NCBI GenBank assembly: GCA_041548485.1 | Contig: JBFESP010000001.1 | Location: 72,835-136,834, forward strand | Direction of reading: 5' to 3' | DNA length: 64,000 bases | Source of the DNA: Thermoplasmata archaeon | GTDB taxonomy: Archaea; Thermoplasmatota; Thermoplasmata; UBA10834 | Shown: positions 17,552 through 27,081 of the stretch, piece after piece | How the letters are laid out: the number at the start of each line of letters is the position of its first letter | Position numbering within the stretch: the stretch's first letter is position 1 | The notes under the pieces: model-generated | Told to the model about the DNA's origin: nothing | What the model saw: the letters and a program-made list of their open reading frames with translations, nothing else | Database searches by the model: none | Position numbers and translations under genes: made by a program

Positions 17552-19885
17552 ATGTCGTCGAGCAGGCTCTATGCCCCCCAGGACACTCCATTCGAACTGA
17601 CGGAGATAAGACTCTCGAAGGCCTCCGATGATGAACTGATGGAGATAAGCCGCGAGAGCGGCACCGGACTTTCCCTCGACGAGATGAAGCGTGTCAGGGA
17701 CCACTTCGACGAGATGGGCAGGAATCCGACGGATGTCGAGCTCCAGTCGGTGGGCCAGGCATGGAGCGAGCACTGCTGCTACAAGAGCTCGAAGATGTTC
17801 CTGAGGGAGTACATCTTCGGGATAGACAACAGACAGGTCATTGACCGAGGCGACGCCGGCGTGATGGAGTTCGACCGGGACCACGCCTACGCGCTGAGGA
17901 TCGAGAGCCACAACCACCCGAGCGCGGTCGAACCCTACGGCGGAGCGGCCACAGGCATCGGCGGGATAATCAGGGACGTGCTCTGCATGGGGGCACAGCC
18001 GATTGCGTTGGTGGACCCGCTGTTCTTCGGACCCCTGGACTATCCGTTCAAGAAACTCCCGGACGGTGTGAAGCACCCGAAGTACCTCCTGGGGGGGGTG
18101 GTTGCGGGGATAAGGGACTACGGCAACAGGGTGGGGATTCCGACCGTCTCGGGCGGCCTATGGTTCGACGAGAGCTACACGGGCAACTGCCTCGTGAACG
18201 TCGGTTGCGTCGGCATAGCCGAGAAGAGGAACATACGGAGGAACGCGGTCAGGGGGCCGGGGGACGTCCTCATCCTCGCCGGAGGGCGAACCGGGAGGGA
18301 CGGCATCCACGGAGTCACATTCGCCTCGGCCGTTCTGACGGAGGATAGCGAGATGGAGTCGAGGGGCGCCGTGCAACTCGGCGACCCGATCATGAAGGAA
18401 CCGGTAATGCACGCCGTTCTCGAGGCCAACGAGAAGGGGCTTGTCAACGGGATGAAGGACCTCGGCGGAGGAGGCCTCTCCTGCGTGGTCGGCGAGATCG
18501 CCCTGGCTGGAGGCTGTGGGGCGGAGGTGGACCTCGGCAAGGTTCCGCTCAAGGAGGAGGGACTGGCCCCGTGGGAGATATGGGTGTCAGAATCACAGGA
18601 GCGTATGATGCTCTCAGTGTCTCCAAGGAACGCGGAGAGAGTCCTCCACATCTTCAAGCTCTGGGACGTGCCGGCAACACCGATCGGCAGGATAATACGC
18701 GAGAAGCGGGTGAGACTGCGTTACGGTGGCACGAAGGTCTTCGACCTTGAGCTCGAGTTCCTCACCGCCGGTCCGGAGTACTGCAGACCGTGCAGCGCGA
18801 GCGCGGGTGGACGTGGAAGGAAGGAGAGGACACCGAAGGCGAAGACGAGGTACGACAGGGACCTGCTGAGACTCCTGTCGGACCAGAACATCTGCAGCCG
18901 CGACTGGGTGATCCGACAGTACGATCACGAGGTCCGCGCGAACACAGTGATCAAGCCGCTGCATGGTAAGACGGGGCACTGGACGCACGGCGATGCCGCG
19001 GTCCTGAAGCCCGTCGAGGAATCGTTCAGAGGCCTTGCGATTGCAACCGCCTCGAACCCGATCGCCGTGGCCGTCGACCCCTACAGAGGGGGCAAGACTT
19101 GCGTCGACGAGGTCTGCAGGAACATCGCAGCCGTCGGAGCGCGCCCACACTCGCTGACCGACTGCCTCAACTTCGGGAATCCGGAGATGCCAGACAGGCT
19201 ATGGCAGTTCAGGGAGGCGGTCAGGGGAATCGGGGAGGTCTCGAGAGACCTGGACCTCCCGATACCTTCGGGCAATGTCAGCTTCTACAACGAATCCCCC
19301 AAAGGGTCGGTGCTTCCGACGCCTGTGATACTCGGATGCGGCATCATGAGAGATATCAGGAAGTGCGTCACCTCGGAGTTCAAGAAGGAGGGCGACCCTG
19401 TCTTCCTCGTCGGAGAGACGGGGCCGGAGATGGGTGCCTCCGCGTACTACAGGTCGGCAGGGGGCTACTCGTCCAGAAACCCGGACGTTGACACGGCCGC
19501 CCTCAGAGCAGGCATGGACGTCGTCATCGGAGGGATAGAGAGAGGTGTCATCGTGGCGTGCCACGACCTCTCCGACGGAGGACTGGCGGTCGCATCGGCG
19601 GAGATGTGCATCGGAGGGGATGTTGGCGCGAACCTGAACATCGACAAGCTCGGGCGCCTGAGGTCCGACGCGAAGCTGTTCGGCGAGAGCAACAGCCGGT
19701 GGCTGATCGAGGTACGGAAGGGCAAGGAGAAGCAGTTGCCGAAGGACAGAAGAACGAAGGTCACCAAGCTGGGAAGGGTCGGAGGGTCTTCCCTTGCCAT
19801 CGGCTCTGGCAGGAAGCTCATCGACCTCGAGGTCGAAAGGCTGGCGAAGAGCTTCGGCTCGACGCTCTGGAGGATGGTAGGGTGA
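17552..19885 (+). CDS. purL: Phosphoribosylformylglycinamidine synthase II (FGAM synthase large subunit)
   Basis: 777 aa with PurL motifs (ESHNHPSAVEPYGGAATGIGG, duplicated AIRS-like domains). Confidence 0.9.
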   Translation: MSSSRLYAPQDTPFELTEIRLSKASDDELMEISRESGTGLSLDEMKRVRDHFDEMGRNPTDVELQSVGQAWSEHCCYKSSKMFLREYIFGIDNRQVIDRGDAGVMEFDRDHAYALRIESHNHPSAVEPYGGAATGIGGIIRDVLCMGAQPIALVDPLFFGPLDYPFKKLPDGVKHPKYLLGGVVAGIRDYGNRVGIPTVSGGLWFDESYTGNCLVNVGCVGIAEKRNIRRNAVRGPGDVLILAGGRTGRDGIHGVTFASAVLTEDSEMESRGAVQLGDPIMKEPVMHAVLEANEKGLVNGMKDLGGGGLSCVVGEIALAGGCGAEVDLGKVPLKEEGLAPWEIWVSESQERMMLSVSPRNAERVLHIFKLWDVPATPIGRIIREKRVRLRYGGTKVFDLELEFLTAGPEYCRPCSASAGGRGRKERTPKAKTRYDRDLLRLLSDQNICSRDWVIRQYDHEVRANTVIKPLHGKTGHWTHGDAAVLKPVEESFRGLAIATASNPIAVAVDPYRGGKTCVDEVCRNIAAVGARPHSLTDCLNFGNPEMPDRLWQFREAVRGIGEVSRDLDLPIPSGNVSFYNESPKGSVLPTPVILGCGIMRDIRKCVTSEFKKEGDPVFLVGETGPEMGASAYYRSAGGYSSRNPDVDTAALRAGMDVVIGGIERGVIVACHDLSDGGLAVASAEMCIGGDVGANLNIDKLGRLRSDAKLFGESNSRWLIEVRKGKEKQLPKDRRTKVTKLGRVGGSSLAIGSGRKLIDLEVERLAKSFGSTLWRMVG

Positions 19886-20712
19886 AGGTCAGCAGCGCGC
19901 GCGTCTGCGTGCTGAGAATAGAAGGTACGAACTGTGAGGAGGAGTCGTACCTGTCCTTCAAGCGTCTCGGGGCGAAGCCCGAGAAGGTGCACCTCAAGCA
20001 GCTGACGGGGACCGACGTCACATCCGACGAGAAGCGGTCCCTGGCGGATTATCAGGTCCTCGTGCTACCGGGCGGGTTCTCGTCTGGGGACTATGTGCGC
20101 GCGGGGGCGATATTCGCCGCCCGGATGAAGAGCAGGCTCTCGCGAGACCTGGTGGAGTTCGTGCGTGCGGGGAAGCCCGTGCTCGGGATATGCAACGGTT
20201 TCCAGATACTCGTCGAGACCGGTCTTCTGCCGGCAACGTCGGGCGTGATGACGGAGGTGCCCGAGGCCGTCCTGAGCACGAACGACTCGGCCAGGTTCGA
20301 GTGTCGTCCCACGCTCCTGAGGAAGGTGAACAGGGGGAGCTGCGTCTTCACCACCAAGATCCCGTGCGACAAGATATCGGCCATACCATCCGCCCACGCA
20401 GAGGGCAAGCTGATGTTCCCCGTCGACCGCTCGAAGAGGATCGTGAAGGAGCTGGCCGACAACGACCAGCTGGTGTTCAAGTACGTGGATCCGGATGGGG
20501 ACCTCGCGGGATACCCGTGGTGCCCCAACGGTTCGACCGAGAACATAGCGGGTATATGTAACCGCGAAGGGAACGTCTTCGGGCTCATGCCGCACCCCGA
20601 GAGGGTGTTCTTCAGGTACACGCACCCGGACTGGACGCGTAACCCGGACGGCGCTGGAGACGGAAAGGCCGTGTTTGAATCAGTGCTCGACTACGTCTCG
20701 AAGAAGCTGTGA
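19882..20712 (+). CDS. purQ: Phosphoribosylformylglycinamidine synthase I (glutaminase subunit PurQ)
   Basis: The GTG start overlaps the purL stop (GTGA). VLVLPGGFSSGDY and the catalytic GICNGFQIL motif are present. Confidence 0.85.
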   Translation: MKVSSARVCVLRIEGTNCEEESYLSFKRLGAKPEKVHLKQLTGTDVTSDEKRSLADYQVLVLPGGFSSGDYVRAGAIFAARMKSRLSRDLVEFVRAGKPVLGICNGFQILVETGLLPATSGVMTEVPEAVLSTNDSARFECRPTLLRKVNRGSCVFTTKIPCDKISAIPSAHAEGKLMFPVDRSKRIVKELADNDQLVFKYVDPDGDLAGYPWCPNGSTENIAGICNREGNVFGLMPHPERVFFRYTHPDWTRNPDGAGDGKAVFESVLDYVSKKL

Positions 20713-20727
20713 GGACGCGGACGCCGC

Positions 20728-21384
20728 TCAGAGGGAGACTATGAGCTCCACTTGGTCGCCGTCCTTGAGTCCCAGGGACCGCCTGAGATGGTACTTGCAT
20801 ATGACTTCGATTATGTCCACATGATGCGACCGGACCGGCAGGACGACCGCGCATTCCATGTTGTGGATAGTCGCGAGAAAACATTTCACATCGCCAAACG
20901 TGCGCCCGTCCTTCTCGAAGCCTCTTATCAGTATGCCTTCGGACTTGCGCAGTACGTCCACCTTGGGGAGTTCCGGGCTGGATATCCTGAGGTTCAGTGT
21001 CCCCTCGTAGGGCTTGAACCACAGTTTCTTCTGGAACTGCTCGGCGTACGCCTCCTGGTTGACGTAGTACTGCCCCTCGCCAAGGCCGGAGGTGACGACA
21101 CCGATTATGACAAGGTGGTCCTTCATCTCGAATATCCTCTGATAGTCTGAGTACTCCTTCCTGAGCAGGTCGAACCCCTTGTCCGTCAGCTTGATCCGCT
21201 GCCTCCTTGCGCCGAGGTCGCGCTCGATCAGACCCTCACCAAGGAGTTCCAGTATCTTCTTCGAGGCGGACTGTTGGCTGATCTCAAGTACGTTCCCCAG
21301 CTCCCTCGAGGATATGGCGATGTAGTCATGCACGCCACCCATAAGAGCGATGTGCTTCAGGGTGGCGATCTGCTTTTCATGCAT
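20728..21384 (-). CDS. ribK: CTP-dependent riboflavin kinase fused to an N-terminal winged-HTH domain (RbkR-like bifunctional regulator/kinase)
   Basis: 218 aa. The N-terminal wHTH is about 80 aa. The C-terminal archaeal RibK domain carries the motifs GEGQYY and PYEGTLNLR. Confidence 0.75.
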   Translation of the reverse strand: MHEKQIATLKHIALMGGVHDYIAISSRELGNVLEISQQSASKKILELLGEGLIERDLGARRQRIKLTDKGFDLLRKEYSDYQRIFEMKDHLVIIGVVTSGLGEGQYYVNQEAYAEQFQKKLWFKPYEGTLNLRISSPELPKVDVLRKSEGILIRGFEKDGRTFGDVKCFLATIHNMECAVVLPVRSHHVDIIEVICKYHLRRSLGLKDGDQVELIVSL

Positions 21385-21476
21385 GGCACGCTTCGGATAA
21401 GCGAGGCCTCATAATAGCCTTTCGGCCGCCATTTTCCTGGCGGGTCCATGCGACGCACCCCGCCGTTCTGGAGGGT

Positions 21477-21842
21477 TCAATCCGATGTGCAGCCCGTGAG
21501 AACCAGGAAATGCCCGCTCCGTAGGCGAAGCACGGGGATCGCCCGCTCCTTCAGCCGTCCGATGAGTTCCCTGTCGTTCGTGAGCACTGCCCCGGAATGC
21601 CTCTCAGCGACGTCGATGACGGCGTCGTCCCCGTTTAGCTCCGTCGCGACGACATCGTATTTATGGGCGAGCGCCAGGGCGGCTTTGGCCTCCTTCGTGC
21701 CCAGCCTATCCAGCTCGCCCAGGACTGATTCCGGGACGAGTACGGGCACCTCCCCGAGAAGCCTTGTTATCTCCCTGTCGAGGTTCAGACGGAACTGGAA
21801 TGGCATCATAAGACCGTTGGCATCGATGACGAGAGCCCTCAC
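21477..21842 (-). CDS. PIN-domain nuclease (Fcf1/Nob1-like), conserved neighbour of aIF2-gamma
   Basis: About 121 aa from the GTG at 21842 (RALVIDANGLM...), a typical PIN N-terminus. It begins 22 nt downstream of the aIF2-gamma stop. Confidence 0.6.
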   Translation of the reverse strand: MRALVIDANGLMMPFQFRLNLDREITRLLGEVPVLVPESVLGELDRLGTKEAKAALALAHKYDVVATELNGDDAVIDVAERHSGAVLTNDRELIGRLKERAIPVLRLRSGHFLVLTGCTSD

Positions 21843-21863
21843 CAAGAGAATCCACACCCGCGT

Positions 21864-23096
21864 CTACTCGACGATGCCGTATCCGATCAGGCGCCACTTC
21901 CCGGCGATCCTCCGGGATATCGCTATGCGCTGGTCCTTCTCCGTACAGACAGGTATCTTCAGAGAGATCTCGGCAGAATCCGACCTGCCGCTCGTCACCA
22001 CGCCCACGGTCGTGGCGGTCCCCACACTCAGCATGAGAGGCTCGTTGGTCTTCAAAGCCTCGACCGCCTGTTCGGACGACATCCCGACGACGCTTTTCAG
22101 TAGCTCCGTCCTTATCGTCAGCGATTCGAGAACCGGCGGGAGGGTGTCAGGCTTTCCAGCGATCCGGCCGACCAGGGAATCCGATTTCGTGAAGCTCGGG
22201 TCGAGCCCTGTGCCTATCGCAATCAGCCCCCCTCGCGTGGCCACGTCCAGTTGGAGGGTGCCCGCGAGGAGCGAGCGTACCGTCGTGACCATGGGTTCCC
22301 ACGTGACTCCCCTGCTCGTCTCGACCTTCCTGCCGGGACGGACCTCTATCTCGTCTCCTATCTTCAATGTCCCCTCGGTGAGCGAGCCGCCTATGACTCC
22401 GCCCTTCAGGTCCTTCAGCTCGGTACCTGGCACATTGACGTCGAACGACCTTGCCACGTACATCCTGACCGGGTTCTCCTCGGAGTACTTGGGCGACGGG
22501 ATGACCTTCTCGATGGCCATTATGAGCGTGTCGATGTTCATGTTGTGATGGGCAGATATGGGTATGACTGGCGCATCCTCGGCGATCGTGCCCTTCAGGA
22601 ACTCCTTGATCTCGTTGTGGTTCTGGACTGCCTGCTCCTTTGTGACGAGGTCGACCTTGTTCTGCACGACGACTATCTTGTCGACACCGATGATGCTCAA
22701 GGCCATGAGGTGCTCCCTCGTCTGCGGTTGGGGGCACTTCTCGTTGGCGGCGACCAGCAGGAGCGCTCCGTTCATTATCGCAGCGCCTGACAGCATCGTC
22801 GCCATCAGGGTCTCGTGACCGGGCGAGTCGACGAAGGACACCGCCCTGAGCAGCTCGCACTTGCCTCCGCACTCAGGGCACTCGGGCTGGTTGGTGTAAC
22901 ACGCGGGCTCTTCGCAGGCGTCACACTTGTAGAAAGCGGCGTCGGCGTATCCGAGCCTGATCGATATACCCCTCTTGACCTCTTCGGAATGCCTGTCCGT
23001 CCACTCCCCCGTCAGAGCCTTGGTCAGCGTGGTCTTGCCATGGTCGACATGGCCGATCATGCCGATGTTCGTCTCCGGCTGGGAGGGGACATTCAT
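21864..23096 (-). CDS. eif2g: Translation initiation factor 2 subunit gamma (aIF2-gamma)
   Basis: 410 aa from ATG 23096. G1 motif [10 protein letters not shown], zinc ribbon [21 protein letters not shown]. The upstream part of the long ORF is R-rich read-through of the S6e region. Confidence 0.9.
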   Translation of the reverse strand: MNVPSQPETNIGMIGHVDHGKTTLTKALTGEWTDRHSEEVKRGISIRLGYADAAFYKCDACEEPACYTNQPECPECGGKCELLRAVSFVDSPGHETLMATMLSGAAIMNGALLLVAANEKCPQPQTREHLMALSIIGVDKIVVVQNKVDLVTKEQAVQNHNEIKEFLKGTIAEDAPVIPISAHHNMNIDTLIMAIEKVIPSPKYSEENPVRMYVARSFDVNVPGTELKDLKGGVIGGSLTEGTLKIGDEIEVRPGRKVETSRGVTWEPMVTTVRSLLAGTLQLDVATRGGLIAIGTGLDPSFTKSDSLVGRIAGKPDTLPPVLESLTIRTELLKSVVGMSSEQAVEALKTNEPLMLSVGTATTVGVVTSGRSDSAEISLKIPVCTEKDQRIAISRRIAGKWRLIGYGIVE

Positions 23097-23530
23097 TATT
23101 CCTTCTTCTCCTCTTTCTTGATGAGCTCTGAGACGGGCTTCGTACCGTGCTGACTGACCTTGAGATTGACCTGGACGCTGTCCGGGGATATCGTGTTGCC
23201 CCTGAAGTTCTTCTTCCGCCTGAGGCCACTCTCCTTGGACCTGAAACCTATGCTCTTCGATACGAGCAGCTTCTTCCTGCGGGGACCTGGAAGGTCCTTC
23301 CTGAGCGGGAAACCATCCTTGTCGCTGCCACCAGTGATCGTCAGCTTGTAGCCGGGAAGTCCGACGAATATGCCATCTATGGTATCGCCGATCTTCTTGC
23401 CGATCAACGTGTTGGCGTGATGCCCTGAGACCGGCACCTGGTATGACTTCCCGTCCTTCGTATCGTTTATGACGGCTCTGAACTCTGCCACACAATCAAC
23501 TCCAGTGTCGCAGGACGCCCTAATGCGCAA
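23096..23530 (-). CDS. rps6e: Ribosomal protein S6e. The true start is possibly the GTG at 23491.
   Basis: The [17 protein letters not shown]... N-terminus and KR-rich C-terminus are typical of S6e. The stop overlaps the aIF2-gamma ATG. Confidence 0.8.
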   Translation of the reverse strand: MRIRASCDTGVDCVAEFRAVINDTKDGKSYQVPVSGHHANTLIGKKIGDTIDGIFVGLPGYKLTITGGSDKDGFPLRKDLPGPRRKKLLVSKSIGFRSKESGLRRKKNFRGNTISPDSVQVNLKVSQHGTKPVSELIKKEEKKE

Positions 23531-23590
23531 GGAGTTAAATAGGTTTCGGGAGCGACTGGGACCACTGGTAGGGTCCCCACGGAGGGTCGT

Positions 23591-25357
23591 TCAACTTCCC
23601 CAGAACGGACTCTCCTTCCTCTTGATCTTCACAACGGCGTCGAGTACCTCCTGCTCGTCCATCGAGAGCTTCTGGGAGAGCAGCTCACGTGCGTGCCCTT
23701 CGGGCAGATCCACCAGCAGAATGTCCTCGACATCGATCTGCCTGCCGACTGTCGCGGCGTCGATGGCGACCGCGACCTCGGCGCCCATTCTCGCCTCGGG
23801 AAGGGTCTTTTCCCCGCTCCTGATGCTCTTTATCCTTCCCACGGGCCGCCCGTCGTCACGCATAAGGCTCTGGCCAGGGCGAATCCTGCCGGCCAGGACC
23901 CTCACACCCACTATCGCGGGCTTGCTAACGCGGAACACGTGGTCCCGCAGGATGGACACCTTCCCAGGATAGGATATCTCAAGCCTCTTCTTGGCCTCGA
24001 GCTCGCGGGAGCGCTCCTTGCACCAGGCATCGTAGTCCTCCAGGAGCTTGTAGACGACCTTGCTCTCGAACAGCATGACGCCTAGCTCACGGGCGGCGTC
24101 CCGCGCGTCGGCGTTGACGCCCACGCTGAAAGCGAATATCGCCCTGTGGAGCGGGTCGTCGAAGTTCGACGCCTCCACGACGTCCTTCCTGGAGACGTTT
24201 CCGATGTCAATCTTACGCATCGGCATATCAGCGTTCCTAGCCTCGAATGCAAGCGCCTCCAAGGAGCCGACGGTGTCGCCGCGCACGATGACGCCCTGCT
24301 CCGATAGCTCGACATTGATTGCGCTCTCCTTCCGCACTTCCTCCAGCGTCTTCTCGATATCACCCGAGGCGACCCTTACGAGGCCTCCGGCCATGGCGTC
24401 TTCCAGGTTCGGGGCGACCACCCTGATGCCCGCGGCGGCTGAGACCGACTCGACATGGTCGAACTTCTGGTTCGGATCCCTTATCTCGTCAAGCGGCTTG
24501 GGGCGAAGCATCGCCCTGATCTTCGTTTGGATTGGCGCGCCCTTGACGGAGGATATGACAATGGTATCCCCGACTGTCATCGTCCCGCTGTAGATTATCG
24601 TGTCCATCACGGTGCCCATGCCCCTGTCCTCCTTCACCTCGAGGACGGTCCCTTCTCCAGGGCCATCCTCCGTCCGCAGGTCCGATTCGAGGAACCTCTG
24701 TGCAAGACCGATCAGGATGAGCAGGAGATCCGCCAGCCCTTCTCCCGTCTTGCCGCTAACCGGCACGATGGCCACGGATTTGGTGAAATCGGTGATCCTG
24801 TCGAACCTATCAGCGCTGAAGCCGCCCACCTCGTACAACCTTCCCGCGAGGGCGTACAACCTCTCGTCCAGCTCGGAGGAGACCCTGGGGTCCTGTGCCG
24901 CGAGCGACTCGCTCACAGGTTTCCCCTTCTGAGCCCTCCATCCGGGTATGAGATCGACCTTGTTCGCGGCGATGACGAAGGGGGTTTTGAGCTTCCGGAG
25001 GATGCTGATAGACTCCGTAGACTGCGGCTTCAGCCCTTCGTTGATGTCTATGACGAGCACCGCCAAGTCCGCCAGGGCGCCCCCACGGCTGCGCAAACTG
25101 ACGAATGAGTAGTGGCCGGGTGTGTCGATGAACAGAAGGCCAGGGACTGCGAACCTCTGGCCACCGATAAGCCCCCCACAGAGCGAGTATATTGTCTCTA
25201 TGGGGACATCGGTCGCCCCGATGTGCTGCGTGATGCCGCCAGCTTCCCTCGACACCACATTGGTCCCCCTGATGCTGTCGAGGATCGTCGACTTGCCATG
25301 GTCCACATGGCCAAGGACGGACACGATTGGCTCCCGCGCGGACACGACCTCGTCCAA
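23591..25357 (-). CDS. infB: Translation initiation factor aIF5B (IF2 homolog), no intein
   Basis: 588 aa. VLGHVDHGKSTILD, DTPGH, NKVD GTPase motifs. Confidence 0.9.
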   Translation of the reverse strand: MDEVVSAREPIVSVLGHVDHGKSTILDSIRGTNVVSREAGGITQHIGATDVPIETIYSLCGGLIGGQRFAVPGLLFIDTPGHYSFVSLRSRGGALADLAVLVIDINEGLKPQSTESISILRKLKTPFVIAANKVDLIPGWRAQKGKPVSESLAAQDPRVSSELDERLYALAGRLYEVGGFSADRFDRITDFTKSVAIVPVSGKTGEGLADLLLILIGLAQRFLESDLRTEDGPGEGTVLEVKEDRGMGTVMDTIIYSGTMTVGDTIVISSVKGAPIQTKIRAMLRPKPLDEIRDPNQKFDHVESVSAAAGIRVVAPNLEDAMAGGLVRVASGDIEKTLEEVRKESAINVELSEQGVIVRGDTVGSLEALAFEARNADMPMRKIDIGNVSRKDVVEASNFDDPLHRAIFAFSVGVNADARDAARELGVMLFESKVVYKLLEDYDAWCKERSRELEAKKRLEISYPGKVSILRDHVFRVSKPAIVGVRVLAGRIRPGQSLMRDDGRPVGRIKSIRSGEKTLPEARMGAEVAVAIDAATVGRQIDVEDILLVDLPEGHARELLSQKLSMDEQEVLDAVVKIKRKESPFWGS

Positions 25358-25429
25358 GGGCTGGACGATATATCAAGTTAACTGGTTCCTATGGTTGAGC
25401 TGACAGGCGCGGCGACGGGCTCTGTGGAT

Positions 25430-25885
25430 TCACTTCTCGAAAAGCCAATCCTCTCCCGGCTTCTCGTACTTGTGGAGCTCGTAGTCGTTGAAGAACAGAT
25501 TGATCTCGCGTTTGGCGCTCTCGGACGAGTCCGACCCATGAACGACGTTCCTGCCGGTCACCTGGGCGAGATCTCCCCTGATAGTGCCAGGAGCGGCGTC
25601 CTGCGGGTTCGTCTTGCCCATCATGGCACGGACCACCGCGACGACGTTCTCGCCCTCGAGCACGATGCAGACGACAGGGTCTGATGTGATGTACGATAGG
25701 AGCGCCTCGTAGAAGGGCTTACCCTTATGCTCCTCGTAGTGGCGCTCCGACAGCTCCCGTGGGACCTTCATCATCTTGACGCCGCAGATCCTGAATCCCC
25801 TGGACTCGAATCGCGACACGATATCGCCGACCAGCCCTCGCTGGACGCCATCTGGCTTCACCATCACGAAGGTGCGTTCCATCAT
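25430..25885 (-). CDS. ndk: Nucleoside diphosphate kinase
   Basis: 151 aa. [26 protein letters not shown] active-site motif. Confidence 0.9.
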   Translation of the reverse strand: MMERTFVMVKPDGVQRGLVGDIVSRFESRGFRICGVKMMKVPRELSERHYEEHKGKPFYEALLSYITSDPVVCIVLEGENVVAVVRAMMGKTNPQDAAPGTIRGDLAQVTGRNVVHGSDSSESAKREINLFFNDYELHKYEKPGEDWLFEK

Positions 25886-26262
25886 TCCTTCTCACCCTGC
25901 TCGTCTTCGATGTCCGCGACGCTCTCCTCTTCGGGGCCAGCTACGGCGCTCTTGGCCTGGTCGATCTTCTCGGGCTCCTCATCTGCGACCGTCTCCTCCT
26001 TGGGCTTAGTACGCTTCCTGACCTTCCGGATCCTGCTAGATTTGGCAGGCGCCGGCTCGGTCCCCTTCGTCCTGACCTGCTTCTCTCTGGCGCTCCATTC
26101 GGTCCACGCGGTCCGCCTCGGGACACGCTTCAGTTCGACCAGATTCTTGAAGCATTTGGAAGTGCAGAACTGATAGACCACGCCGTCCTTCTTGACGTAC
26201 ATCCTGCCGGTTCCGGGCTCGATCTCCTGACCGCAGAATGTGCATACTCTTCGCTCCACCAT
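25882..26262 (-). CDS. rpl24e: Ribosomal protein L24e with a roughly 60-aa K/E-rich C-terminal extension
   Basis: N-terminal zinc-binding CTFCGQEI...CTSKC matches L24e. The stop TGA overlaps the ndk ATG (ATGA). Confidence 0.8.
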   Translation of the reverse strand: MVERRVCTFCGQEIEPGTGRMYVKKDGVVYQFCTSKCFKNLVELKRVPRRTAWTEWSAREKQVRTKGTEPAPAKSSRIRKVRKRTKPKEETVADEEPEKIDQAKSAVAGPEEESVADIEDEQGEKE

Positions 26263-26295
26263 TGAATCTCACCTCGCACACATGGCCCTGGCGCG

Positions 26296-26505
26296 TCAGC
26301 GTACGCTGAGCTTCCTTGCCTCTCTCGAAGTCTCCTTGAGCATCAGCACGTCACCGACCCGGATCGGACCCATGGCGTTCCTGGTGATGATCCTGCCCTT
26401 GTCCCTTCCGTCCAGGACCCTTACCTTCACCTGGGTGGCCTCGCCCGTCATCCCCGTCCTGCCGATGATCTCGACGACCGTAGCCGGTATGCTGTCCTCG
26501 ACCAT
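26296..26505 (-). CDS. rps28e: Ribosomal protein S28e
   Basis: 69 aa. [24 protein letters not shown]-type sequence. Confidence 0.85.
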   Translation of the reverse strand: MVEDSIPATVVEIIGRTGMTGEATQVKVRVLDGRDKGRIITRNAMGPIRVGDVLMLKETSREARKLSVR

Positions 26506-26514
26506 CTGTCACAC

Positions 26515-26886
26515 CTACTTCTTCAGCGCCTTCAGCTTTCCGGCGAGCTCGTCCAGGGCGGGCTTTCCCTTCGCAGGGTCCAGAACTGCAACGGCCGCCG
26601 TCGGCTTCTCCAGTCCGCAGGCGTTGCCCAGCTCGGCCTTCGTCGGAACGTAGGCGTACGGGGTGTTCTTCTCCTCGCACAGGACTGGCATGTGCATGAG
26701 TATCTCCGGGGGAGACACGTCCTCCGCCATAACGACGAACAGTGCCTCGCCGCGCTCGACCAGCTTGGTGACCTCGTTGGTCCCCCTTCTGACCTTTCCG
26801 CCGTCCCTGGCGAGTTCGACGACATCGTATGCCTTGTCCACGAGTTCCTTCGGCATCTCAAATTTCACGTAGACTGCCTTCGTCAA
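26515..26886 (-). CDS. rpl7ae: Ribosomal protein L7Ae (K-turn binding), TTG start
   Basis: 123 aa (TKAVYVKFEMPKELV...). The TTG at 26884-26886 is preceded by a perfect SD GGAGGT with a 6-nt spacer. Confidence 0.85.
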   Translation of the reverse strand: MTKAVYVKFEMPKELVDKAYDVVELARDGGKVRRGTNEVTKLVERGEALFVVMAEDVSPPEILMHMPVLCEEKNTPYAYVPTKAELGNACGLEKPTAAVAVLDPAKGKPALDELAGKLKALKK

Positions 26887-26892
26887 GTTGAT

Positions 26893-26898
26893 ACCTCC
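26893..26898 (-). promoter_or_regulatory. Shine-Dalgarno GGAGGT for rpl7ae
   Basis: The reverse complement reads GAAGGAGGTATCAACTTG, with the TTG start 6 nt downstream. Confidence 0.5.
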
Positions 26899-27081
26899 TT
26901 CAGGTGCCTGAGCACCGTCATCATTCACAGGCTCCTTCGATTGAAAAGAGCGTGATGCGGTAGATGCTCGTCGTATAAAAGCGTTGCTGAAGGCTGACGG
27001 CGTTGGCTGTCTGTCCACGCCCAGGGATCAACACGACCAGAAATATAATCATATACCATAGTTCTCACCCAATCGGTCCCC

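Noticed and set aside
19558-19881. Upstream extension of the purQ ORF
   Set aside because: It is R-rich frame-shadow of purL. A GTG at 19882 overlapping the purL stop gives the canonical PurQ N-terminus.
21448-22548. 366-aa plus-strand ORF antisense to the PIN and aIF2-gamma genes
   Set aside because: It has S/T/P/R-rich low-complexity composition. The minus strand carries strongly supported genes.
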